Of a stretch of DNA of 60,892 nucleotides, positions 1 through 12,400 are shown piece after piece (the first letter of the stretch is position 1; each line of letters opens with the position of its first letter). Under the pieces are notes generated by a model. The model saw nothing but the letters and a program-made list of their open reading frames with translations, ran no database searches and had not been told where the DNA came from. The translations under genes and the position numbers were made by a program. The stretch is from Chiloscyllium plagiosum (taxonomy: Eukaryota). The stretch covers positions 3,016 to 63,907 of the forward strand of contig NW_025215107.1 in assembly GCF_004010195.1 (NCBI RefSeq), read 5' to 3'.

Positions 1-288
1 TTGGACGACACCATGACACTTTTTCACTGGAGTGGATCATGAAATCGCGTCGTGACTGTGAATAAAACGATGGAATCTTCCAGCAGAGAAGTAGGCGACC
101 CTGAAGCAGGCAGCTGAGGACAAATGTTTCTCCTTTGCCAGTGAAAGGCACTGCTTCACAGATTGGAAATTTCGAAGTGAAGCAGTGTTGGTGATTATCT
201 TCGCTGCTTGTTCATTTTTTAAATTCTGATTCCGTGAAAGTCCATGGCATTACATATCGACATTCCCCCCACACTCGGGCTGTCTCTT

Positions 289-361
289 GGGCCGGTAGCG
301 TAATGGATAACACGTCTGACTTCGAATCAGAAGATTATAGGTTCGAGTCCTGCCTGGCTCG
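289..361 (+). tRNA. tRNA-Arg, anticodon TCG; divergent, possibly a pseudogene
   Basis: 73-nt cloverleaf GGGCCGG...CTGGCTCG. Anticodon arm TCTGA-CT-TCG-AA-TCAGA and B-box GGTTCGAGTCC. Mismatches in the D stem (C11-A24) and T stem (A49-C65). No T4 terminator immediately downstream. Confidence 0.85.
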
Positions 362-1089
362 AGGGGAAGGTTTCGCTTTAACCGTGGTCTACGTTGTCGC
401 TCCCCTGTGAAGTCCTGTCGGGAAGTCGCCTCTGTGCTTCCGCATTTAAAACTTGCGTCTGTCCTTTTGTCCGTTTCAGATTCCAGCTCTCCACAACGGA
501 CAACTCCGTCAGTTTGTGGGTATCTTCCTGTGTGTCTCCCTCTGTGGGTGAAAATGAGCATGAGTTCCTCAAAAGAGTTACAACACCTTGTGGAAGTGTC
601 ATACTTCTGCCCCATCATTGTGCCATTTAAGAACATAGGATAACCTCATTGACATTTGCCCTGGAAACATTAGAACACACGAGACTGTGGGCCAAAATTG
701 TAAACTGCGACTAGAATAGATGGCTCTCTGATTAGCCGCAATGCACATGGGCGGAATGGCCTTTTCCCACTTTGTAAATCTTCGAAGTCAAGTCGAAAAT
801 AATCTGCAACGAAAATGTTCAGAAAGGGTGTTTTATTTACACCAAATACGATAGTATCTATCGCCTTGTCTTGTTATTTACTTGTGAGGATTCGGTCCTC
901 TCAGCACCGTGGCCTGGATCGTATTCCCGCTCATGAAATGGTTGTATTGTTCAGCAAACATATCGGTGTACCAGTCCTTCTGCCGATTTTCCGATGCTGG
1001 CAGGTCATTGGTTTTGTCCAAAACATTATGAAGGTTAACATAAAACAAATAGCTGCAGTTGCTGGAAACCTGAGCCAAAATCGAAAATT

Positions 1090-1228
1090 GTTTGCAGAAC
1101 GCAGCAAGACTGGCAATAGAAACGTCGACTTTCCTGCTCTTCGGATGCTGCCTGACCTGCTGTGCTTTTCCAGCATCACTCAGATCTAAAATCTGGTTTC
1201 CAGCATCTGCAGTCCTCACTTTTGCCTA
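1090..1228. mobile_element. Collapsed PLE-derived terminal fragment (same family as 20272-20481)
   Basis: GAAACGTCGACTTTCCTGCTC..GGATGCTGCCTGACCTGCTGTGCTTTTCCAGCA..CCAGCATCTGCAGTCCTCACTTT matches the 20.3 kb element. It keeps only the GAAACGTC half of the hammerhead. Confidence 0.7.
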
Positions 1229-1808
1229 GTTCCTTCAGTGTCGCTGGTACCCAATTTAAGAACTCCATCTCTAGCGGTTTCATGTCTGTACCTCCATGCT
1301 GAGGAGTTGAAGAGTGAAGAAAAGTAACTCACCCCCTCCATCTCTGGGGTAATTAGGGACTGAAAATGAATCGGGTCACATTGAAATATATCTAGATGCG
1401 ACTTAATCTTTGTCTTTTTTTGGGAACTATCTCTTTCATTGTAACCATCAGGAAAGAACATTTCGTTCACCAGAAAAAGAAATGAATATGTCACTAACCT
1501 TTGTTTGCTTCAGGTCGAGGAAGACTCAGATCAATAGCTCCTTGGCTCACCTCTGCTGGTCATGTTCGCAAAGAGATCTAGCAAATTGCCAAGTGTGATT
1601 TTCCTTTCAATAAATAATTTTGACTCAGTTTGGCTGCAAATATCTTTGCCTACCTTTGTGCTTTTCTTCTTTTACATTGGTGTCTCGCACCTTACAAATG
1701 ACAGCAAAGGTATGAAAGGAGATGGAAGCATTCAGCTCATCAAGTCAGCGACAGCTTTCAATGAGATCACGGCTGATTTGGTCAATGCTCAACGCAGCTT
1801 CGCCGTCT

Positions 1809-1890
1809 GTAGTCACGGCCGAGTGGTTAAGGCGATCGATTCGCAGTCCATTCGAGTTTCCCCACGTAGGTTCGAATCCTGCTGACTACG
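1809..1890 (+). pseudogene. tRNA-Ser-derived pseudogene (82 nt, long variable arm); anticodon position reads CGC
   Basis: Colinear with vertebrate tRNA-Ser GTAGTCGTGGCCGAGTGGTTAAGGCG...GGTTCGAATCCTGCCGACTACG. Changes: U8>C, a C-C mismatch in the anticodon stem, a disrupted variable arm, and loop TTCGCAG. Confidence 0.85.
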
Positions 1891-2664
1891 TTACGAATGC
1901 TTTCCTGCTGGAACATTTTTCGCTCAAAGTTCAGAAAACCTATTTTGCAAATCAGGCCGGTAATTTGATTAGACTTTGGAACTCGAGTTCTTCATCAGAA
2001 ATGTTCCATATTTAAAACATTATCTCTGTTTTTCTTTCCAGATACACTGCTCGACACATCGGGTTTCTGCAGTTTTTATTGAACTTCCTGAACAGAAGTG
2101 CTGCTTTTCATTAGATTCCTTTAATCCCTGTCCTCTGTTCTCTGACTCGGGTCAGTGGCAACACTTCCTCCTGCTCGTCAAAGTGCTCATTCCCCACCGC
2201 TCCCTCTCCCATCATTGCAAACAACCGCAGGAAATCGCCACTTAACCATCTTTGTTCACTTTGTTCCAAAATGAAACTCACCAGCCTCAGGAATCTCTCC
2301 ACCAAACGGGACTTCTCATCCCTGGACATTGTGCAAGCCAGAGGATTGTGAAGAGATACTGTGAAAATATTGTCAGTTAGCAGTTGGAAAAATGTTTAAG
2401 AAGCAAACCATATAATTTAGGCTCCAGCTTTGGAAATCTTGAGATACTCTTTGGGAAATGGAATCAGAGGAGGATGAAGAAGTGTGAACTGTCGGACCGA
2501 GTCGCGGACGGGACATTGACTCTTATCTTCATGTATTTTTCACATTTTCCCATATTGCTGAGTATCATGCACATGTAGGTATATATTCAAGTCACTGTTT
2601 CAGGTAACGTCTGACCCCTCTATCTCTCTATACTGAGTGTGGACATCTTTCATGCATTAATGGG

Positions 2665-2960
2665 ACATCGGTGTTGGTGGCTGGGCCAGCATTTATTTCC
2701 CTTTCCGAGTTGCTCTCGAGAAGCAGTTGGGGAACTGCCTTTCTCAACCCATGCACTTCGATGTGCTGTCAGCTGCCAGTGCTCAGGTCTGTCTGGTTTC
2801 ACTTCTTTGAGAACTTGCAGTATTATATCTGAATGGCTGGCTTGGCCATTGCAAAGGGCATTTGAGAGTCTGCCATTTCTGAGGGTCTGGAGTAACATGT
2901 AAGTCAGACCAGTGAAGATAGCAAGTTTCCTTCTGTGGAGGACACTAGTGAGCCAGGGTT
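2665..2960 (-). mobile_element. Decayed shark SINE (SacSINE1/DeuSINE-like)
   Basis: Reverse-complement similarity to 32540-32800 (GGCTGGGCCAGCATTTATT tail; AAGGGCATTTGAGAGTC; GTCAGACCAG..AGTTTCCTTC). Confidence 0.55.
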
Positions 2961-4109
2961 TTTTTTTNNNNNNNNNNNNNNNNNNNNNNNNNNNNNNNNN
3001 NNNNNNNNNNNNNNNNNNNNNNNNNNNNNNNNNNNNNNNNNNNNNNNNNNNNNNNNNNNNNNNNNNNNNNNNNNNNNNNNNNNNNNNNNNNNNNNNNNNN
3101 NNNNNNNNNNNNNNNNNNNNNNNNNNNNNNNNNNNNNNNNNNNNNNNNNNNNNNNNNNNNNNNNNNNNNNNNNNNNNNNNNNNNNNNNNNNNNNNNNNNN
3201 NNNNNNNNNNNNNNNNNNNNNNNNNNNNNNNNNNNNNNNNNNNNNNNNNNNNNNNNNNNNNNNNNNNNNNNNNNNNNNNNNNNNNNNNNNNNNNNNNNNN
3301 NNNNNNNNNNNNNNNNNNNNNNNNNNNNNNNNNNNNNNNNNNNNNNNNNNNNNNNNNNNNNNNNNNNNNNNNNNNNNNNNNNNNNNNNNNNNNNNNNNNN
3401 NNNNNNNNNNNNNNNNNNNNNNNNNNNNNNNNNNNNNNNNNNNNNNNNNNNNNNNNNNNNNNNNNNNNNNNNNNNNNNNNNNNNNNNNNNNNNNNNNNNN
3501 NNNNNNNNNNNNNNNNNNNNNNNNNNNNNNNNNNNNNNNNNNNNNNNNNNNNNNNNNNNNNNNNNNNNNNNNNNNNNNNNNNNNNNNNNNNNNNNNNNNN
3601 NNNNNNNNNNNNNNNNNNNNNNNNNNNNNNNNNNNNNNNNNNNNNNNNNNNNNNNNNNNNNNNNNNNNNNNNNNNNNNNNNNNNNNNNNNNNNNNNNNNN
3701 NNNNNNNNNNNNNNNNNNNNNNNNNNNNNNNNNNNNNNNNNNNNNNNNNNNNNNNNNNNNNNNNNNNNNNNNNNNNNNNNNNNNNNNNNNNNNNNNNNNN
3801 NNNNNNNNNNNNNNNNNNNNNNNNNNNNNNNNNNNNNNNNNNNNNNNNNNNNNNNNNNNNNNNNNNNNNNNNNNNNNNNNNNNNNNNNNNNNNNNNNNNN
3901 NNNNNNNNNNNNNNNNNNNNNNNNNNNNNNNNNNNNNNNNNNNNNNAAACCAATCGCCAATCTTTTGAGATGAAAATGGATGATAATTAGGAACAGATAT
4001 TGGCCATTCAGTCCTTGAAACCTGTCTTTGTTGCCATTAACACTCGTAAATCACATACTCACCAATTTGAGTCTCCACTGAAATTGCGGGAAGACAATCC
4101 CAGGCACCG

Positions 4110-4280
4110 AAAGATCATATCAGCATGAGACACTGGAGCAGAATTAGATCATTCATCCCATCTAATCTGCCATGGCATTTGATCACAGTTGAAATATTTC
4201 TCAACTCCATTCTCCTGCCTTCTCCAACTGACCATTGATCACTTATTAATAAAAATGTTATATCTCTGTATTAAATACAT
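4110..4280 (-). mobile_element. CR1-like LINE 3' tail fragment
   Basis: GGAGCAGAATTAG..CATTC..CCCATC..TCTGC..GGCATT..ATC..CTCAACTCCATTCTCCTGCCTTCTCC is the typical reverse-complement CR1 3' end in sharks. Confidence 0.55.
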
Positions 4281-6275
4281 TACCTGTGCCTGTACGTGGG
4301 GGGTTTGTTCGTGTGTTTGTGTGTAAATGTCCATATCCACGTGCATATCTCTTGTGCATGTGTTATGTGTGTTAGTGTCAGAATCTAAGTTCGTGTGCAC
4401 CACTGTTGCATGTTTTTGCAACGTTGTTTTTCAAGAAGATACATTGAAATTGGAATCAATCTCCTTCCTGCTCTCTTTCTGTCCATCCCAGCATTGTGTG
4501 TGTGTGTATGTCGTGGGGGGGGGTGGGATTAAGTTGTGTGTGTTGATGGTGCTGTCAGCTTGGATGGTGCTGTGAGCTGCTTCCCTCCCTCTCTCCCTCC
4601 CAACTGCGATGGAAATAAAGATCTAAAACAATCATGATAGAGATTGATATAAATTCTGCATTATAAACACTGGGATTAAAATCACTGTGACAATCTCTGA
4701 CACAGGCAGAGACACACTGTGACACTCTCTGACACTCTCCAACACACTGAGACACTCTCTGAGACACGCTGTGACACTCTCTGATACTCTCCAACACACT
4801 GTGACGCTCTCTGAGACACACTGTGACACTCTCAGACACCTCTGTGACATACTGTAACGCTTTCTAGCACATCTGAAACACTCTGTGACACTCTCTGACA
4901 GACGGTAACACACTCTCTGACACCGACAATGACACTTTCCGATTCTCCCTGACTCTCTGAGACATACTGTGACACTCACTGAGACACAAAGTGACACTAT
5001 CTGACTCTCTCTGCAACTCTCTTAGACACACTGTGACACTCTCTGATTCTCTCTGACACACTCTCAGACACAAGGTAACACTCTCTGACACTCTCTGAAA
5101 CACACTGTGGCACTCGCTGACAGATTGTTTGAGACACACTGTGACCCTCTCTGACTCTCTCTGAGACACACTGTGACACTTTGTGAGACTCTATGACTCT
5201 ATCTGCCACACTGGAACACACTATGTCACTCTCTGTCCCTCTCTGAGAAACACTGTGACACCCTCTGACAGACTGCGACACTCTCTGGGATACACTGAGA
5301 CACTCTCTGACACACTGTGACACTCCCTGACAGACGGTGACATTTTCTGAGACACTGTGACACTCTGTGAGACACACTGTGACACTTGCTGTCTCTGTCT
5401 GACTCTCTGAGATACTCGGTCACTCTCTGAGACACACTGTGTCACTCCCAGACTCTCTCTGAAACACGCTTTGACACTCGCTGAGAGATTGTGACACTTT
5501 CTGACTCTCCCTGAATCTCTGAGACACATTGTGATACTCTCTGACTCTCTCTGAAACTCTCTGTGGCACTCTCTGACACACGCTGAGATACACTGTGATT
5601 CTCTCTGACTCTCTCTGACACTTTGAGATGCACTGTGGCACTCTCTGATCTTATCTGACAATCTCTGAGACACACTGTGACACTCTCTGACTCTCTCTGA
5701 AACACACTGTGACAATCTCTGACACAGGCAGAGACACACTGTGACACTCTCTGATACTCTCCAACACACTGTGACACTCTCTGATACTCTCCAACACACT
5801 GTGACACTCTCTGAGACACACTGTGACACTCTCCGACACTCTCTTTGACATACTGTGACACTTTCTAGCACATCTGAAACACTCTGTGACACTCTCTGAC
5901 AGACGGTAACACACTGTGACACTCTCTGACACCGACAATGACACTTTCCGACTCTCCCTGACTCTTTGAGACACACTGTGACACTCACCGAGACACAAAG
6001 TGACACTATCTGACTCTTTCTGCAACTCTCTTAGACACACTGTGACACTCTATGATTCTCTCTGACACTCTCTCAGACACAATGTAACACTCTCTGACTC
6101 TCTCTGAAACACACGGTGGCACTCGCTGACAGATTGTTTGAGACACACTGTGACCCTCTCTGACTCTCTCTGAAACTCTCTGTGGCACTCTATGACACTG
6201 TTTGAGACACACTGTGACACTCTCTGAGACACTCTGTGACACTCTGTGACTCTATCTTCCACACTGGAACACACT

Positions 6276-6493
6276 TTCTCCCCGTGTCTGCGTGGGTTTC
6301 CTCCGGGTGCTCCGGTTTCCTCCCACATTCCAAAAATGTGCAGGTTAGGTGAATTGGCCAGGCTAAATTGACCCTAGTGTCAGGTAAGGGGTAAATGTAG
6401 GGGTATGGGTGGGTTGCTCTTCGGCGGGTCGGTGTGGACCTGTTGGGCCTGTTTCCACACTGTAACGTAATCTAATCTAATCTAAAAATCTAA
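6276..6493 (+). mobile_element. 5'-truncated HE1-type V-SINE inserted in the array
   Basis: V-domain TTCTCCCCGTGTCTGCGTGGGTTTCCTCCGGGTGCTCCGG and (AATCT)n tail. Flanked by ACACT (6271-6275 and 6494-6498). The empty site is visible in the paralogous block at ~5207-5240. Confidence 0.92.
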
Positions 6494-9400
6494 ACACTAT
6501 GTCGCTCTCTGTCCCTCTCTGAGACACACTGAGACCCTCTCTCACTCTCTCTGAAACTCTCTGTGGCACTCTCTGACACTGTCTGAGACACACTGTGACA
6601 CTCTCTGACTCTCTCTGAGACACACTGTGACACTTTGTGGCACTCTGTGACTCTATCTGCCAAACTGGCACACACTATGTCACTCTCTGCCCCTCTCTGA
6701 GACGCACTGTGACACTCTCTGGGACACACTGAGACACTCTCTGACACACTGTGACACTCTCTGACAGACGGTGACATTTTCTGAGACACTGTGATACTCT
6801 CTGAGACACACTGTGTCACTCTCTGACTCTCTTTGAGACACAATGTGACTCTCTCTGACACACTGAGATACACTGTGACGCTCTCTGACACTCTCTGAGG
6901 AACACTCTGACACTCTCTGACAGACTGTGACACTCTCTGAGCCCTGAGCCACATGCTGACAATCTGACACTCTCTGAAACTCTCTAAGACACAGTATGAC
7001 ACACTGTGACACTCTCGGACAGACTGTGATAGACTGAAACACACTGTGACACACTCTGACTCTCTCTGAGGCACACTGACACTCTCTGACACTCTCTGAG
7101 GCGCACTGTGACACTGTCTGACAGACTGTGATATACTGAAACACACTGTGACTCTCTCTGACAGACTGTGACACACTGAAACACTCTCTGAGAGACTCTG
7201 ACAGACTGTGACACTCTCTGAGACATACTGTGACACTCTCTGACAATTCTCTGAAACACACTGTGGCACTCTCTGACAGACTGTGACACTCTCTGACACT
7301 CTCTGAAACAGACTGTGACACTCTCTGACACAGGCAGAGACACACTGTGTGACACTCTCTGACACTTTCCAACACACTGTGACACTCTGTGACACTCTGT
7401 GACATACTGTGACACTTACTAGCACATCTGAAACACTCTGTGACACTCTCTGACAGACGGTGACACACTGTGACACTCTGAGACCGACTCTGACACTTTC
7501 TGACTCTACCTGACGCTCTGAGACACACTATGACACTCACTAAGACTCACTGTGACACTCTCTAACTCTCTCTGAAACTCTCTTAGACACACTGTGACAC
7601 TCTCTGACTCTCTCTGACACTCTGTCAGACACACTGTAACACTCTCTGACACTTTGAGATGCACTGTGACACTCTGATCCTATCTGACAATCTCTGAGAC
7701 ACACTGTGACACTCTCTCTGAAACACACTATGACACTCGCTGACAGATTGTGACACTTTAGTACTCTCCCTGAATCTCTGAGACACACTGTGACACTCCC
7801 TGACTCTCTCTGAAACTCTCTGTGGCACTCTCTGACACTGTTTGAGACACACTGTGACACTCTCTGGCACGTTCTCCAACACACTGCGACACCCTCTGAT
7901 CCTATCTGACACCATCTGAGGCAGACTGTGACACTTTCTGACTCTCTCCGACTTTCTGAGACACACTGTGACACGCTCTTAGACAGTTTGTGACACTTTT
8001 CGACTCGCTCTGACGCTCTCTGCGGCACACTGTGACACTCTCTGACAGACTGTGAAATACTGAGACACTCTCAAAGACAGACTGTGACACTTTCTGACTC
8101 TCTCTGGCTCACTCCGAAATATACTGTTAACGTCTCTGACAGACTGTGACACACCGTGACACTCTCTAGAGAGACTGTGACACTTTCTGACTCTCTCTGA
8201 CTCTCTGAGACACACTGTGACACTCGTGAGACACACTGTGACACTCTCTAACAGACTGTGACACTCGCTGACTCTCTCTGAGACTATTGTAGACACACTC
8301 TGGCACTCTCTGAGACAGACTGTGACACTTTCTGATTCTCTCTGCCTCTCTGAGACACGCTGTGACACTCACTGAGACACACTGTGACACTCACTGAGAC
8401 ACACTGTGACACTCTCTGACTCTCTCTGAGGCACACTTTGACACTATCTGACACACTGTGACACTCTCTGACAGACTGTGACACACTGTGATACACTCTG
8501 AGACAGACTGTGACACGTTCTGACTCTCTCTGACTCTCTGAGACACACTGTGAAACTCACTGAGACATAATGTGACATTCTCTAACAGACTGTGACACTC
8601 TCTGACTCTCTCTGACAAACTCATAGAAACACTGTGACACTCTCTGATTCTCTCTGACACTCTCTGAGGCACACTGTGACACTCTCTGAGAGACTATGAC
8701 ACACTGACACTCTCTTAGACACACTGCAACTATTGTAGACACACTCTGGCACTCTCTGAGACAGACTGTGACACTCTCTGACTCTCTTTGAGACACTCTG
8801 CAATGCACTGTAAGATTCTCTGACAGATTGTGCCACACTGTGACACTCTCTGACACACTCTGACATCTCTGAGACACACTGTGACAGTCTCTGAGCCAAA
8901 TGCTGACACTCTCTGAGACACAGTATGACACGCTGTGACACTTTCTGACTCTCTCTGAGATTACTCTGCAATACACTGTTAGATTCTCTGACAGATGGTG
9001 CCACACTGTGACACTCTCTGAGAAACACTGTGACACACTCTGACACTGTCTGCGACACATTGGGACCCTCTCTGACAAGTTGAGACGCACTGGGACACTC
9101 TCTGACAGACTGTGACACACTCTGACACACTCTGACACTGTCTGCGACACACTGGGACCCTCTCTGATAATTTGAGACGCACTGTGACACTCTCTGATCC
9201 TATCCGACACTCTCTGAGACACACTGTGACACTCTGACAGACTGTGCTACACTGTGACACTGTCTGAGACTCTCAGAGATACACTGGGACCCTCTCTGAC
9301 AATTTGAGACGCACTGTGACACTCTCTGACAGACTGTGACACACGCTGACACACACTGTGACATTCGCTGACATTCTTTGAAACACACTGTGAAACTCTC

Positions 9401-12400
9401 GGACGAACTGTCAGACACTCTGACACTATCTGCGACAAACTGGGACCCTCTCTGACAATTTGAGACACACTGTGACACTCTCTGAAACTCTCTGAAAAGC
9501 ACTGTGACACTCTGACAGACTGTGACAACTGTAACACTCTCTAACAGATAGTGACACTTTCAGATTTTCTCTGAATCTCTCACACACACTGTGATACTGT
9601 CTGTCACTCTCTGAGACACACTGTGACACTCTCTGACAGACTGTGACAATTTCTGTGACACACTATGACACTCTCTGAACGTCTGTGACACTCTCTGACA
9701 CACGGTGACATTTTCTGAAACACAGTGACTCTCTCTGAGACACACTGTGTCACTTTCTGTCTCTCTCTGCCTCCATGAGACACACTGTGACACTCTCTGA
9801 CCCGCTCTGACACTCTCTGAGACAGACAGTTACACTCACTGACTCTCTCTGACACACACTGTGGCACTTTCTGACTATCTCTGACACACTGTGATACTGG
9901 TTGACTCTATCTGACACTCTCTGAGGCACAGTCTGACATACTGTGACACTCTCTGACTTACTCTGATATCTCTGAAACGCACTGTGACACTCTCTCACAG
10001 ACTGTGACATTCTCTGAGCCAAATGCTGACACTCTCTGACACTCTCTGCGACACAGTATGACACACTGTGACACTTTCTGACTCTCTCTGAGATTACTCT
10101 GCAATACGCTGTAAGATTCTCTGACAAATTGTGTCACACTGTGACCCTCTCTGCGAAACACTGTGACACTTTCTGTCTCTATCTGACTCCCTGAGACACA
10201 CTGTGACACTCTCTGAACCGTTCTGACACTCTCTGAGGCAGACTGTGACACTCTCTGACACTCTCTGACACACACTGTGACACTTTCTGACTTTCTCTGA
10301 GACACACTGTGATAGAGTATGACTCTATCTGACACTCTCTGAGGCACAATACGACATACTGTGACACTCTCTGACTCACTCTGACATCTCTGTAACACAC
10401 TGTGACGCTCTCTCACAGACTGTGACACGCTCTGAGCCAAAATCTGACACTCTCTGAAAATCTCTGAGGCACAGTATGACACACTCTGACACAATCTGAC
10501 TCTCTCTGAGACACTCTGCAATACGCTGTAAGATTCTCTGACAAATTGTGTCACACTGTGACTCTCTCTGAGAAACACTGTGACAAATTCGGACTCTCTC
10601 TAACACTCTGAGACACACTGTGAAACTCTCTTAGACTCACTGTGACCCTCTGTGACACTCTCTGAAAGACTATGACACACTGAGACACTCTCAAAGACAG
10701 ACTGTGACACATTCTTACTCTCTCTGACACTCTCTGAGGCACACGGTGACACTCTCTGACAGACTGTGACACACTTAGACACTCTCAAAGACAGACTGTG
10801 ACTCTTTCTCACTCTCTCTGGCTCACTCTGAAATATACTGTAACCCTCTCTGACACACTGTGACCCACTGTGACACTCTCAGAGACAGACTGTGACACTT
10901 TCTGACTCTCTCTGAAACACACTGTGACACTCTCTGAGAGACTGTGACACACTGTGACACTCTCTGAGTCTCTCCGAGGCACACTGGGAACCTCTCTGAC
11001 AATTTGAGACGCACTGGGACACTCTCTGACAGACTGTGACACACTCTGACACACTCTGACACTGTCTGCGACACACTGGGACCCTCGCTGATAATTTGAG
11101 ACACCCTGTAACATTCTCTGATCCTATCCAACACTCTCTGAGACACACTGTGACACTCTCTGAAACTCTCTGAAAAGCACTGTGACACTCTGACAGACTG
11201 TGACAACTGTGACACTCTCTGACAGATAGTGACACTTTCAGTTTTTCTCTGAATCTCTGACACACACTGTGATACAGTCTGTCACTCTCTGAGACACAAT
11301 GTGACACTCTCTGACAGACTGTGACACACTGAGACACTCTCTAAGCCGCGCTGTGACACTCTCTGATCTTATCTGACACTCTCAGAGACACGCCGTGACA
11401 CTCTCTGACAGACTGTGACACTCTGTGACACTCTCTGACACTTTGAGAAGCACTGTGACACTCTCTGATCCTATCTGACACTCTCGGATACACACGGTGA
11501 TACAGTCTGACTCTATCTGACACTCTCTGAGACACAGTATGACAGACTGTGACACTCTCTGACTCTCTCTGAGGCACACTGTGACACATTGAAACACGCT
11601 CTGATTCTCTCTGACACTCTCTTAGACACATTGTGATACTCTCTGACTCTCGCCGACACTTTGAGATGCACTATGACACTCCCTGATCCTATCTGACACT
11701 CTCTGAGACACACCGTGACACTCTGACTCTCTCTGAAACTCATTGTGACACTCTCTGAGAAACTGTGACACACTGTGACACTCTCTGAGACTCTCTGAGA
11801 CACACTAGGACCCTCTCTGAGATTTGGCGAAGCACTGTGACACTCTCTGACAGAAAGTGACACACTCTGACACTCTATAAGACACACTGTGACACTCTCT
11901 GACTCTCTCTGAGGCACACATTGACACTATCTGACAAACTGTGATACTCTCTGAGACAGACTGTGACACGTTCTGACTCTCTGAGACACACTGTGAAACT
12001 CACTGAGACACAATGTGACATTCTCTAACAGACTGTGACACTCTCTGACTCTCTCTGACAATCTCATAGACACACCGTGACACTCTCTGATTCTCTCTGA
12101 CACTCTCTGAGACACACTGTGACACTCTCTGACAGATTGTGACACACTGTGATACTCTCTGAGACAGACTGTGACACTTTCTAACTCTCTCTGTCTCTCT
12201 GAGACGCGCTGTGATACTCACTGAGACACTCTGTGACACTCTCTGACTCTCTCTGAGACTGTCTTAGACACACTGTGACACTCTCTGACTCTCTCTGAGG
12301 CACACTTTGACACTATCTGACACACTATGATACTCTCTGAGACAGACTGTGACACGTTATGACTCTCTGAGACACACTGTGAAACTCACTGAGACGCAAT

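Noticed and set aside
815..1219. ORFs of 82-124 aa
   Set aside because: They overlap a PLE-derived repeat fragment and show no recognisable protein features.
2650..3990. Long ORFs made mostly of X (also at 30.6-31.2, 35.9-36.5, 43.2, 46.5-47.5 and 50.3-51.1 kb)
   Set aside because: They span assembly N-gaps.
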